IMG/VR virus record: IMGVR_UViG_3300002307_000034
Span: 32,001-96,000 of that record
Source of the DNA: a virus
Direction: 5' to 3' (one strand)
DNA length: 64,000 nucleotides
Position numbers and translations under genes: made by a program. The notes under the pieces are model-generated. The model made no database searches. It was given only the letters and a program-made list of their open reading frames with translations, and was not told the DNA's origin. Shown here one piece after another: positions 49,883 to 58,819 of this stretch. Position 1 is the first letter of the stretch; each line of letters opens with the position of its first letter.

Positions 49883-51829
49883 TTAAGCGTTTATATCTAC
49901 AATTTCACATTCTCCAGAAACACATGCTAAAGCTTGAGTTCCAGTTGTAGTGTCTTCCAGCTCATATAGAGATAAAGCTTGCCAATTAATTGACTTTGGC
50001 ATCTTTGATAAAAGCTCTAAGTAAGCTGATTCATCAATTTCTTGATAAGGGGCTTGCACATATGTATGATCAGAGTATGGTAAGAATGAAATTCCAGAGC
50101 ACTCATCAAAATGCTTATAAACCCATGCTCCAACTTCCATCCACTCTTCTTCTTTAACAGAAATAGTTACAGAAGGTTTATGCTCACACCAATGACGTTG
50201 ATATGTTAACCAAATTTCAAGCTGCTGAATTGCATTTAACTTATCACGAGTAATTGCATTCTTTGGTGCTTTTACTGGAAATGAAAATACGTAAGTATCA
50301 TTTGGTTTCATTACATCATCTTCTGCAGGAATGCCTGAATCTTTTAGGAACTGAGTAATTGGATCTTTCTTATCCCCACGAACTGTGCGAATATAATAAT
50401 CTGAATGCCATGCATGCATTCCTGAACTCACCCCGACCAATTGAGATACTGTACCCGATGGCTTTACGCAAGTCACCGCAGCGGATGCGGGAATCCCAAT
50501 TTTCCCTGCTTCTTCAATATTAATTTCTACAGCATACTCACGAAGTTTATCTAGAGTATCTGCAAGCTTATCCATTCCATCTTGTCCAGAAAAGAATTTA
50601 TTTCCAAATTGACCAGTTAAAGAAACTCCAAGTAATCTTTCTTCTTCTGTATTGTCTTTCCAAATTTTACGAATATATTTAAAATCTGTAAGTGTTGATT
50701 GCCATGTTCCAAGTATAGAAGCAAGTCTTACCTTTTTAGCAACTGATTCTGGAGTATCATCTTCACGAAGAACAACTTCTGAAAGATTACAAAATTGATA
50801 TGGGCGGAGAATAATTTCAGAACATGGATTTGTTCCATAATGAATGTCTGGGCTTCTTCTACCATATTTTGCTGCTTGTGCTTGTGCTGCTGCAACATTG
50901 TAAATACCACGTTCTCCTGATTTGGAATCATAAAGAGATTTCCATTCAGCAATAAACTGTTGCATTTCTGGTTTACGAGAATATGCCACTGAATTATTTG
51001 ACAATGCACGTTGAGAATTTTTTTCCCACCAATTACCGGATTTAGCTTGCGCCATTTCAATATCATTTATGTTTGAAAGCGAAATCATTGCAGAACGACG
51101 AACACCACCGACTACAACTACCTCACCAATCTTACACATTATGTCATGACATTCAATTGGTTTTAATTGACGACCAAGTGCACCTTTAAAAATTTGAATT
51201 GTAAAATCAAAAAGATTTACTAACGGCTGAGGACCTGATGAACGCCCACCCATTGTCTTAAGTCTTGCACCTGATGGTCTTACCTTACTAATGTCAATCT
51301 GTGGAATCTGTCCTGCCCATAATAATCCAAGAAGTTCACGATAAGCCTTTGCCCAACCTTCTTTTGAATCTCCAACAATAACTGTTGTAGAAGATTTCTC
51401 TAAAGTTTCAGGAAGGGATGGGAGTTTATTAATATACTTATATTCAACAGAGAATCCAACGCCTGTTCCACACATAAGAATATACATAGCTTCATCAAAT
51501 GATCTAGCATTATCTACTGGAAGAAATGCACAGTTGTATCCAGAAACATTTTCTCTTTCTAATGCAGGTCCTGCAGTCATAACAGAACGCATTGATGGCA
51601 TAACGTTACGATTAAATACTGCATCACGCAAATCTTCTAAATCTTTATCATTTGGTACATATCCGTGTTTTTCACGAAGTTGTATTGACATAAAGTTAAA
51701 GTAACGGTCTACAGTTTCCTTCCAAGTTTCTCTTCTGTTTTCAGATTCAATCCATCTTGCATATCTACTGAGAGCAATAAAGTTCTCGTAGGGATTTTCA
51801 ATAGTCCCGTTCATTTTAACCTCTTTCAA
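49883..51829 (-). CDS. nrdJ: ribonucleotide reductase class II (adenosylcobalamin-dependent)
   Basis: YNC, GTGVGF, TNPCSEI, VKPSGTVSQL, C-terminal ACVSGEC; no beta subunit nearby. Confidence 0.9.
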   Translation of the reverse strand: MKEVKMNGTIENPYENFIALSRYARWIESENRRETWKETVDRYFNFMSIQLREKHGYVPNDKDLEDLRDAVFNRNVMPSMRSVMTAGPALERENVSGYNCAFLPVDNARSFDEAMYILMCGTGVGFSVEYKYINKLPSLPETLEKSSTTVIVGDSKEGWAKAYRELLGLLWAGQIPQIDISKVRPSGARLKTMGGRSSGPQPLVNLFDFTIQIFKGALGRQLKPIECHDIMCKIGEVVVVGGVRRSAMISLSNINDIEMAQAKSGNWWEKNSQRALSNNSVAYSRKPEMQQFIAEWKSLYDSKSGERGIYNVAAAQAQAAKYGRRSPDIHYGTNPCSEIILRPYQFCNLSEVVLREDDTPESVAKKVRLASILGTWQSTLTDFKYIRKIWKDNTEEERLLGVSLTGQFGNKFFSGQDGMDKLADTLDKLREYAVEINIEEAGKIGIPASAAVTCVKPSGTVSQLVGVSSGMHAWHSDYYIRTVRGDKKDPITQFLKDSGIPAEDDVMKPNDTYVFSFPVKAPKNAITRDKLNAIQQLEIWLTYQRHWCEHKPSVTISVKEEEWMEVGAWVYKHFDECSGISFLPYSDHTYVQAPYQEIDESAYLELLSKMPKSINWQALSLYELEDTTTGTQALACVSGECEIVDINA

Positions 51830-51866
51830 AAATTATTTAGAGTTACAGTTTACCACATCTAAATTC

Positions 51867-52868
51867 TTAAACTAAAGAGTTGTAAATTTTTTGTAATCTT
51901 GCTACTGCAGGTTTTGTAACTGTTAACCAATCATATTCATTATGTAAATCAAAAGCTTTTTTAAATGTATCTTTTAATATATTATCATAAGTTTCTACTG
52001 CATTTAACATTTGTTTCTTTAAACTTTTTTTATCTGGCTTCATCATCATGCCTGGATGTGTTTGCTGCCATGGACTGAATTGATAAACACTATCTACTGG
52101 AAAATTAATATATTCTGCATAATCAGCCCATCCTGCTGTTGAAATTGTTGGCATTCCAGTTGCTGCAGCTTGCATTGGTTGTAATCCCCAACCTTCACCC
52201 CAACTTGGATAAATAAAAACATCACATAATTCATAAAGGCCAACCATCTGCTCTTCACTTAATAAAGCATCAATAGAAATTATATTGTCATATGAAGCTG
52301 CGGGAGATGTTAAATATCCATATTGAGGATCTGGAACTTTAACAGTATTCATGCCATTAGATTTTAATACAAGTCTATATTTTGGATCATTTCCAAATAA
52401 TTCTATAAAACAATCAGTTGTAAGTTGTCCTTCTTTTCTTGAAAAAGGTTCACCCATATGTAAAAATGTAAATTGATCATGTGCAGTTTTTCTTAACTTA
52501 GGTTTCCAAATTTTATTAATTCCATGTTTATAAGTAAATATTGGTTTACCTGGAAATATTTTTCTATAAACTTCTTCCACCCAAGGAGAAGTTGCCCAAA
52601 GTTCATCTGCAACAGAAATTTTCTTTTTCATTTCAGGAAGCATGTCAGTTGATTCCCAAGCTATATAAGCAATTTTATAAGCATTTTTATTTGTGAATTG
52701 GATGTTTCTAGGATCTGCAAAACATATTTCAATATCAGAATCTAATGCGTCTATTTCAACATCTATACCTAATTCTTCAAATGATTTATATATATTATAA
52801 GATGCTTGCCCATATCCCACAGATAAGTCCATATGACGCATAGCTAAGCCTGAAAATCCTATTTTCAC
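51867..52868 (-). CDS. glycosyltransferase family 4
   Basis: RKEG, FIYPSWGEGWGLQPMQAAATG.P. Confidence 0.88.
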   Translation of the reverse strand: MKIGFSGLAMRHMDLSVGYGQASYNIYKSFEELGIDVEIDALDSDIEICFADPRNIQFTNKNAYKIAYIAWESTDMLPEMKKKISVADELWATSPWVEEVYRKIFPGKPIFTYKHGINKIWKPKLRKTAHDQFTFLHMGEPFSRKEGQLTTDCFIELFGNDPKYRLVLKSNGMNTVKVPDPQYGYLTSPAASYDNIISIDALLSEEQMVGLYELCDVFIYPSWGEGWGLQPMQAAATGMPTISTAGWADYAEYINFPVDSVYQFSPWQQTHPGMMMKPDKKSLKKQMLNAVETYDNILKDTFKKAFDLHNEYDWLTVTKPAVARLQKIYNSLV

Positions 52869-52944
52869 TTTTGCTCCTGTTGTTTTTCTTATTATAGCAT
52901 GCTAGAATTATACATACCTGTCAGTAAAACGAGGAGGTAAGGGA

Positions 52945-53589
52945 ATGAATCTAAAAAATAAATTCCATCTAACACTGGTTGTATTGATAACACTGGTTAA
53001 TTCTATTATAGGAATTAGCCCAGCAGATACAGCAGAGGCACTTGACATTAAAAAACTTAGTGCCTATAATCTAACTAGTGCTGCGGGGGGTAATATACTT
53101 AATATAAATAATATATATATTAAATATATAAGTATTAAGCTCTACTCAGTAAATGTTTACAACAGTACACATTCTAGAAAGATTAACGTCAAATCTATTT
53201 TAAGTTTTAAGGACAAAGTAGAGATTTTAATGTATTCTATTAAACAGGTAGAATCACATGGCAGGTACAAAGCTAAATCTCATTGGTCCGACGCATGTGG
53301 TGCATACCAATACATGCCATTAACTTGGGATAACTATGACGGTTTCAAAACTGCTTGCCTTGCACCTGAATGGGTACAAGACAGGAGAATGAGACATGAA
53401 ATAATCGTTCGTTGGAATAAGTATCATGATTGGCAAAAAGTAATTGCAAGTCATTTTCTTCCAGCGTATTCGGGAAATAAAGCTCTTTGGAATAAACATT
53501 ATTACTCTGGGCAACCTACGATTAGACAGTACGTTCAAAATGTTGAAAGTACTATGAATTCAGTAGTAGCAGGGCTAGCAACTAGCTGA
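52945..53589 (+). CDS. secreted lytic transglycosylase/lysozyme-like protein
   Basis: N-terminal hydrophobic signal; ESHGRY..ACGAYQYMPLTW catalytic-like motif. Confidence 0.75.
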   Translation: MNLKNKFHLTLVVLITLVNSIIGISPADTAEALDIKKLSAYNLTSAAGGNILNINNIYIKYISIKLYSVNVYNSTHSRKINVKSILSFKDKVEILMYSIKQVESHGRYKAKSHWSDACGAYQYMPLTWDNYDGFKTACLAPEWVQDRRMRHEIIVRWNKYHDWQKVIASHFLPAYSGNKALWNKHYYSGQPTIRQYVQNVESTMNSVVAGLATS

Positions 53590-53597
53590 TAATTGTT

Positions 53598-53623
53598 GGG
53601 GTGGGATGTAAAAGTCCCACCCC
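53598..53623 (+). terminator. intrinsic terminator
   Basis: GGGGTGGGAT-gtaaaa-GTCCCACCCC followed by TTCTT. Confidence 0.7.
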
Positions 53624-53643
53624 TTCTTAAAAGAAAGTATAAA

Positions 53644-53847
53644 ATGAGATTATCAATATTTACAGAATACCAAAATACATCAGACAAACCTTTCATGTGC
53701 ATAAATGCAGAACATGATATGACTCTTGTTCCTTTTATGACTGATGATTTAATTATAGAATTAAAATGTTTTTTCCCAGACTGTGATTATAAAATGATTC
53801 CTGGCCTAATTACATATAAGGAAATTATAGATGCAAAAATCAAATAG
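53644..53847 (+). CDS. hypothetical small Cys protein
   Basis: MRLSIF start inside ORF 53593..53847; C..H and C...C. Confidence 0.6.
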   Translation: MRLSIFTEYQNTSDKPFMCINAEHDMTLVPFMTDDLIIELKCFFPDCDYKMIPGLITYKEIIDAKIK

Positions 53848-54334
53848 AACTTGTGGTGAATGCACAAAATGTTGTGAAGGATATTTACATAGTGAATCAG
53901 ATCTTACTATGCTGGATGGAAAGACATTTAAACTTGGAGGTGCTCCCTGCCCAATTCTTCAAATAGGCAAAGGTTGTGGTGAATATGAGAATCGCCCACA
54001 GAATCCTTGTAGAGGCTTTCAATGTGAGTGGTTGAGACAACCTGACGTATACCCCGAAGAAATGCGTCCAGATAAAATCCTCACGATTTTTTCACTGCAG
54101 GAAGTAGAGGGCGTACAGTACCTTAGATTGACAGAAGCGGGTGGGACGCTTGATGCAGAAACATTATCGTTTGCAGTTAAATTAACTTTGCTCAACAGAT
54201 ATAATATTTATTGGGAAGTAAACGGTAAAATACACTGGTTTGGTAATAAAGATTTTGTTACAATTATGAATAAACACAAACAAGAGAATTTATTGAGTGA
54301 GCCCGAAAAAGTGAAAGGTCAAATAAATGAATGA
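53831..54334 (+). CDS. YkgJ-like cysteine-cluster (Zn/Fe-chelating) protein
   Basis: CGECTKCC, CP.L...C..YENRP..CRGFQC.W. Confidence 0.75.
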   Translation: MQKSNRTCGECTKCCEGYLHSESDLTMLDGKTFKLGGAPCPILQIGKGCGEYENRPQNPCRGFQCEWLRQPDVYPEEMRPDKILTIFSLQEVEGVQYLRLTEAGGTLDAETLSFAVKLTLLNRYNIYWEVNGKIHWFGNKDFVTIMNKHKQENLLSEPEKVKGQINE

Positions 54335-54515
54335 TGAACAATTACAAGCATTTCAAGAATTGCTTGCTGGAATATATATTCAACAATTAAGAATATATGA
54401 TTTATTGGCCGTGCAAATTAGTGAGCGGAATCCTGATAAGATAGCTGAACTTGAGGCATTACATGCCTCTGGAAAAGTTTTATGTCCTGATCCTGCATTA
54501 AAACTTGAAGATTGA
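54327..54515 (+). CDS. hypothetical protein
   Basis: overlapping operon. Confidence 0.6.
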   Translation: MNDEQLQAFQELLAGIYIQQLRIYDLLAVQISERNPDKIAELEALHASGKVLCPDPALKLED

Positions 54516-54831
54516 TATAATAGCGTTATATGGAATACTTCCTATGACGCCTCAAGAAATACGTAACCGTATTAATAAGATTAAATTAACCGCTGGATGC
54601 GAGATATGCGGATATAATAAACATCCTGCTGCACTTTCATTTGACCACTTTAATCCCGAAAATAAGTATAAGACCAAATCTGGTAAGAAGGTTCATGTTG
54701 CTGATATGGTCAAGGGCGGGAGATATGCGTGGAAAACAATAGCGGAGGAAATACAGAAGTGTCGTGTATTATGTATGAATTGTCATATGGAAGTAACACA
54801 TACGAAAGTAGTCAAAAATGAAGATATTTAG
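54505..54831 (+). CDS. HNH endonuclease-like protein
   Basis: CEICGY..AALSFDH...EEIQKCRVLCMNCH. Confidence 0.8.
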   Translation: MKIDIIALYGILPMTPQEIRNRINKIKLTAGCEICGYNKHPAALSFDHFNPENKYKTKSGKKVHVADMVKGGRYAWKTIAEEIQKCRVLCMNCHMEVTHTKVVKNEDI

Positions 54832-55018
54832 TTATTTGTCCTGGATATGGTTCTTATTTACTGTATATGCTGTTATATCGGAGAAACTCACTAAGAAGAA
54901 AAATAGTAGAGCATTTTTTTCTAATCAGCCATATATAAGCTCAAATGATCCAAAAAGTCAATACCGACCATGGTTTACTAGGAATGATATTCTATGGAGA
55001 TCTAAGAGTAAGCTTTAA
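54818..55018 (+). CDS. small membrane-anchored protein
   Basis: N-terminal hydrophobic helix. Confidence 0.5.
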   Translation: MKIFSYLSWIWFLFTVYAVISEKLTKKKNSRAFFSNQPYISSNDPKSQYRPWFTRNDILWRSKSKL

Positions 55019-55167
55019 TTGGCTGAAGAGCTTTCAGCTCTTACTCCCGCTTTTTCTAAAGTTAATCCACATCTTGTACATGCTTCATATGATTTACCTG
55101 TAAAAGGACATCCACCTATATCTACTAGTGTATGTTTTTTAAATAAACAAATTAAAAATCTAAACAT
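55015..55167 (-). CDS. 50-aa zinc-finger-like protein (not in ORF track)
   Basis: MFRFLICLFKKHTLVDIGGCPFTGKSYEACTRCG...; overlaps the oxygenase stop. Confidence 0.65.
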   Translation of the reverse strand: MFRFLICLFKKHTLVDIGGCPFTGKSYEACTRCGLTLEKAGVRAESSSAN

Positions 55168-55645
55168 TTTCTTCCTTTACTAAACTAATTGTAAAAAAGT
55201 ATCTTGTACCTTTTATAACTTTATTTACTCCATGTGGATGATATGACATAAAATATACTAGATCACCTTTTTTAGGTTTATGAGTAAAATATTCTTCATG
55301 GATATCAGCAAATATCTCCCCACCTTCATAATTATCATTTAAATATAATAAAGCTCCATATTCATTTTGAGGATCTACATGTTTATACATACCAATTCCT
55401 TTGTCATATATAGTAGCTATATATCCAGATAATTTTGAATATCCGTTATCAAAGTAATTTGCAACTTTATACCTATACTTTTCTACGATTTCTAGCATTT
55501 CTGGATCTTTACTATTTATAAGACCAATTCTTCCATCATCTCTTTTTATTAAAGATCCTTCTTCTCTCATTGTATTTAATTTTACAATGATTTTATTGCA
55601 ATCTTCTTCTGATATAAAATTCTCTACAATTGTTACTTTATCCAT
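55160..55645 (-). CDS. 2OG-Fe(II) oxygenase (prolyl-4-hydroxylase-like)
   Basis: HVD, LYLNDNYEGGE, HGV..V..GTRY. Confidence 0.88.
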   Translation of the reverse strand: MDKVTIVENFISEEDCNKIIVKLNTMREEGSLIKRDDGRIGLINSKDPEMLEIVEKYRYKVANYFDNGYSKLSGYIATIYDKGIGMYKHVDPQNEYGALLYLNDNYEGGEIFADIHEEYFTHKPKKGDLVYFMSYHPHGVNKVIKGTRYFFTISLVKEENV

Positions 55646-55647
55646 AA

Positions 55648-56256
55648 TTACCTTTTTACATAAATGATATTTACTTGATGTCCATATATATCTACATTAG
55701 ATCTAGCAAATTCTTTAAATCCATATCCCGCCAAATAATTTTCTACATCAGTTGCTAACCATTGATTCTTCCAAAATTCTTTTGTTTCAACTTCAATATG
55801 TATACTAGACACCTCGTCTAATAATTTACTAGCACCTTGTAGAACTTCTCTATTTGCTCCTTCACAATCAATCCATAAAGCAATATTTGAGTTCATCCCT
55901 GCAAAATCATCTAACGCTACAGCTTCTACTTTTACATATTTGTAATCAATATCTTCTGCACGTTTCATAATTGTATTATGCCCAGTGTTTTCTGGATCAA
56001 ATCTTGTATCTATTTGAAACATAACTATATCATCTTGATAAGATACAGCTTTGTTTATATATTTTACTCCAGGATGCATGCTATCTTTAAACTTCTCATA
56101 TACATATGGACTTGCTTCAAAAGCATATGCTCTAATTCCCGCCATTGCCATTGTATTAGAAAATTCTCCTGCATGTGCTCCAACTTCAATAGAAACATTT
56201 GGAACAAGATCTTTTTGCATACGGATAAAAGTTGATGCTAATTCTTCTTGAGTCAT
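55648..56256 (-). CDS. FkbM-family methyltransferase
   Basis: EVGAHAG, AFEA, LWIDCEGA..EVLQGA, IEV. Confidence 0.88.
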   Translation of the reverse strand: MTQEELASTFIRMQKDLVPNVSIEVGAHAGEFSNTMAMAGIRAYAFEASPYVYEKFKDSMHPGVKYINKAVSYQDDIVMFQIDTRFDPENTGHNTIMKRAEDIDYKYVKVEAVALDDFAGMNSNIALWIDCEGANREVLQGASKLLDEVSSIHIEVETKEFWKNQWLATDVENYLAGYGFKEFARSNVDIYGHQVNIIYVKR

Positions 56257-56408
56257 ATAACAATTATACTACATCGTTTTTAATGTCACCTATACGTCGG
56301 ATTTCAATTTGACAAAATGTTAATATTTTTTTTATTTGTATGATCCGCTTTTTCGAGTAACTTAAAATTAGACATAGTGTGCCCATTTGTCTAAATATTC
56401 AGCCATTT

Positions 56409-56493
56409 TGTGACCCAAATCACAAAGATTTTTTGCAAATTGTCTCAAATGTCCGTTTTGCGACTTGATTTTGTCAGTGTACTAGTGTAGTAT
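56409..56493 (+). promoter_or_regulatory. early promoter module 1: CRP box, -35 TTGATT, TGTCAG element, -10 TAGTAT
   Basis: TGTGAcccaaaTCACA 56409-24; TTGATT 56465-70; TGTCAG 56472-77; TAGTAT 56488-93. Confidence 0.8.
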
Positions 56494-56549
56494 TTATACT
56501 ATAAGAGTTAATAAAGGTTATTAGCACTTCTTAAAGAAAGGTTATCCAA

Positions 56550-56693
56550 ATGATAACACTAAACTATACTTCTCTAGATTCTGACAATTCCGCCCGTTCT
56601 TTTGTGGGGTACTTCCATACAGAGAAAGCGGTCAATGACTACCTTGACCTAGTCTCAATAGATGAGACAATCCTCACAGTCAGCGTGATATAA
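56550..56693 (+). CDS. 47-aa hypothetical early protein
   Basis: GAAAGG RBS, MITLNYTSLDSDNSARSF... Confidence 0.65.
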   Translation: MITLNYTSLDSDNSARSFVGYFHTEKAVNDYLDLVSIDETILTVSVI

Positions 56694-56759
56694 ATCACAA
56701 AACCTGACTGGTCAGATACGGCGTGTCGCATTGACTTTCGCCAAATAGTGTGATAGTAT
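56684..56759 (+). promoter_or_regulatory. early promoter module 2: CRP box, GGCGTGTC box, TTGACT-N17-TAGTAT
   Basis: CGTGAtataaaTCACA 56684-99; GGCGTGTC 56720-27; -35 56731-36; TGn -10 56754-59. Confidence 0.8.
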
Positions 56760-56815
56760 TCCACTATAAAATTAAATAAGAATAAATAAGAAAGAGTCTA
56801 GAAAGGACTACTATA

Positions 56816-57034
56816 ATGAATAACTACTATAATGAAATCCGCAAGGACATCGCTAAAGACTTTGGTCTAGAGGCTGGTGGCTATGCTCCACTTCCTGCCC
56901 CTGCCTTGTCTATCGTTCAGGCTATGCGCCTTAATGCTAAGTACCCTAGCGAGGCGTTATCTACACGCCCTAGCGATAAGGCTATACTAATCGCTAAGCG
57001 ATACGCTAGCCTAAAGAAAGTCTGGTCTAACTAA
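56816..57034 (+). CDS. hypothetical early protein
   Basis: GAAAGGA RBS. Confidence 0.7.
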   Translation: MNNYYNEIRKDIAKDFGLEAGGYAPLPAPALSIVQAMRLNAKYPSEALSTRPSDKAILIAKRYASLKKVWSN

Positions 57035-57120
57035 TGACTATAAATAGCCTAACACTAATACAACTAGGTCTAATGTCGTACCTAGTTGCTAAACTAATAA
57101 CAACTAAGAAAGAGGACTAA
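57034..57120 (+). CDS. 28-aa hydrophobic peptide
   Basis: TAATG overlaps at both ends; MTINSLTLIQLGLMSYLVAKLITTKKED. Confidence 0.5.
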   Translation: MTINSLTLIQLGLMSYLVAKLITTKKED

Positions 57121-57320
57121 TGAAAACTAAGGTTATCACTACCGCCCTACTAATAACGCTAGTACCTGCCACCGCACAGGCTAGCACTCACCACCACCGC
57201 ACACCTAGAACTTATTCGGTGTATAATACAAATGTGTATAGAGGACAGATGACTAAGATGAAATCTGCTCTCGGTATCCACTACCATACATACACACCTA
57301 AGCACCACAAGAAATACTAA
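57120..57320 (+). CDS. small secreted-like basic His-rich protein
   Basis: signal-peptide-like MKTKVITTALLITLVPATAQA. Confidence 0.6.
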   Translation: MKTKVITTALLITLVPATAQASTHHHRTPRTYSVYNTNVYRGQMTKMKSALGIHYHTYTPKHHKKY

Positions 57321-57333
57321 GAAAGGAAAACTG

Positions 57334-57510
57334 ATGACTATGACTTATGTACCTACTTGGGAGCGTGTCTATAATCCTTGGGACACAGAACCCGATTTCT
57401 ATGATTTATCACAAATTGAAGAAGAAGAAAACGAAAAACAAAAAGATGAAATGTCTATCGAAGAAATTGCCGAAGAAGAACTAGAATTAGAAGAGGATTT
57501 TGACCTATGA
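57334..57510 (+). CDS. 58-aa highly acidic protein
   Basis: GAAAGGA RBS; 22 D/E versus 3 K/R. Confidence 0.7.
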   Translation: MTMTYVPTWERVYNPWDTEPDFYDLSQIEEEENEKQKDEMSIEEIAEEELELEEDFDL

Positions 57511-57674
57511 TGAGCCGTAAAGACTATGTAGAAACTGCACGAATTCTAAATAAATATAAATCAGTAATAGATGAAAAAGATTTTTTAGATTTAGCAGATG
57601 ATTTTTCTTTTATGTTTGAAAAAGACAATCCTAATTTTATTGCAGATAAATTTTTAGAGGCTTGCAATAAATAA
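57507..57674 (+). CDS. 55-aa protein, paralogue of 58327..58521
   Basis: MMSRKDYV...F..MFEKDNPNF..DKFLEAC. Confidence 0.75.
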   Translation: MMSRKDYVETARILNKYKSVIDEKDFLDLADDFSFMFEKDNPNFIADKFLEACNK

Positions 57675-57686
57675 AAAAATCGAAGA

Positions 57687-57858
57687 TCGTTGAAGCTTTG
57701 ACTATAATGGTTGAAGCTTCAACTATTTTTTTGGGCGGGGTTTCAATCCCCGCCCGCACTCGGGCGTGTCGCATGTGGTATAAGTCACAAAGTACACGCT
57801 CCATATATTGAGACTACTTGCAAGTATACTAGACAGTAGCGATTTTATGTGTTATACT
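57687..57858 (+). promoter_or_regulatory. early promoter module 3: MarR-like pair, GC hairpin/26-bp repeat, CRP box, IclR-like box, TACT-N4-AGTA, TAGACA-N17-TATACT
   Basis: motifs at 57687-704 and 57708-25, 57748-73, 57774-89, 57798-814, 57815-26, 57830-35, 57853-58. Confidence 0.75.
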
Positions 57859-57902
57859 TCCAGTATTGAAAAATTAAATAAGAAAAAAGTTAGTTAATCA
57901 AC

Positions 57903-57942
57903 GGCGTGTCGCCTTGATTTTCCGCAGAAAGTCTGCTAAACT
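57903..57942 (+). promoter_or_regulatory. promoter GGCGTGTC-N3-TTGATT-N17-TAAACT
   Basis: same geometry as the 56720-56759 promoter. Confidence 0.75.
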
Positions 57943-57966
57943 AACGATAGTTAAAAATAAAGAAAG

Positions 57967-58170
57967 GTGGTCAAAATGACTACACTAACAATAAACGAAG
58001 TATGCGTTAAGCATACACCTCATAAAGAATCTATTTCCGTGATTGCTCACGATTTCGATTCTGCCGATTATTTCACTTTTTGTGAAAATTGTGAACAAAA
58101 CATAGAAAGTTTTTCTTTCTATGATGATGACAGAGGTACTGTCTATACTAAGTGGACACTTAGTAAGTAA
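57967..58170 (+). CDS. hypothetical early protein (CxxC)
   Basis: GAAAGG RBS; likely ATG at 57976; TFCENCEQNI. Confidence 0.7.
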   Translation: MVKMTTLTINEVCVKHTPHKESISVIAHDFDSADYFTFCENCEQNIESFSFYDDDRGTVYTKWTLSK

Positions 58171-58187
58171 AGAAAGGATAAACTTAA

Positions 58188-58322
58188 ATGATAGCAATTA
58201 AATGTGATGAATGCGGTGGTGCAGGATTTATTTTTTTTGGTAATGAAAATGATTTTGATGTAATGAAATGCGATTGCATTTCTGATGATGTTGATTTTAC
58301 TGATGGAATTATGGGGGCTTAA
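58188..58322 (+). CDS. 44-aa zinc-finger-like protein
   Basis: GAAAGGA RBS; CDECGGAG...CDC. Confidence 0.7.
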   Translation: MIAIKCDECGGAGFIFFGNENDFDVMKCDCISDDVDFTDGIMGA

Positions 58323-58326
58323 ATAA

Positions 58327-58521
58327 ATGATGACTAGAAAAGACTATGTGAGTGTAGCCAATATTCTAAATGATATTGCTAAGCCTAATATGGATATGGT
58401 TCCTTTTGAGGATTTAGTAGCAGAGTTTGCAGATATGTTTTTTGCAGATAATCCTAATTTCTCTCCCACCCGTTTTGAAATGGCTTGCTATGGAAATGAT
58501 GAGGGTGGTGATGTTAAATGA
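58327..58521 (+). CDS. hypothetical protein, paralogue of 57507..57674
   Basis: MMTRKDYV...FADMFFADNPNF..TRFEMAC. Confidence 0.75.
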   Translation: MMTRKDYVSVANILNDIAKPNMDMVPFEDLVAEFADMFFADNPNFSPTRFEMACYGNDEGGDVK

Positions 58522-58622
58522 AAAACGAAGATCCATTTGGATTTGCAAATGCAATTCAGCTTGATCATCTTAATTTTGAACAATTAAAAGAATTAGAAAA
58601 GATTTTAGATAAAATTAAATAG
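58518..58622 (+). CDS. 34-aa hypothetical protein
   Basis: ATGA overlap; MKNEDPFGFANAIQLDHL... Confidence 0.6.
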   Translation: MKNEDPFGFANAIQLDHLNFEQLKELEKILDKIK

Positions 58623-58628
58623 CTGATA

Positions 58629-58783
58629 AGTATAATTATGCAAATCACTGCATAATTATGCAAGCCCCGCCCGCACTCGGGCGTGTCGCATTACGGTGTG
58701 AGATTTGTCACACAGGTTGAGCGTCTCAAAATGTGGAATTACTTACGAGTAGGTAGAATAATGTCAGTGGTATCGTGTATAAT
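58629..58783 (+). promoter_or_regulatory. early promoter module 4: tandem ARG-like boxes, 26-bp repeat, CRP box, IclR-like box, TACT-N4-AGTA, TGTCAG-N10-TATAAT
   Basis: 58629-42 and 58649-62; 58665-90; 58697-712; 58723-39; 58740-51; 58762-83. Confidence 0.8.
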
Positions 58784-58819
58784 TCCTACTATTAACAAGA
58801 AAGAAAGAAGGTAGCAAAT

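Noticed and set aside
1-51829. Inteins/introns or stop-codon recoding in dnaE, dnaB, nrdJ
   Set aside because: Lengths and motif spacing look normal and long ORFs are intact in the standard code. dnaE was only spot-checked.
52920-52941. TGTCAG upstream of the transglycosylase gene
   Set aside because: No TAnnnT 10 nt downstream, so it was not counted as a RecA-NDp promoter.
56502-56533. TTAGCACT as a CIRCE/HrcA half-site
   Set aside because: The second half-site is missing; better explained as part of an imperfect leader hairpin.
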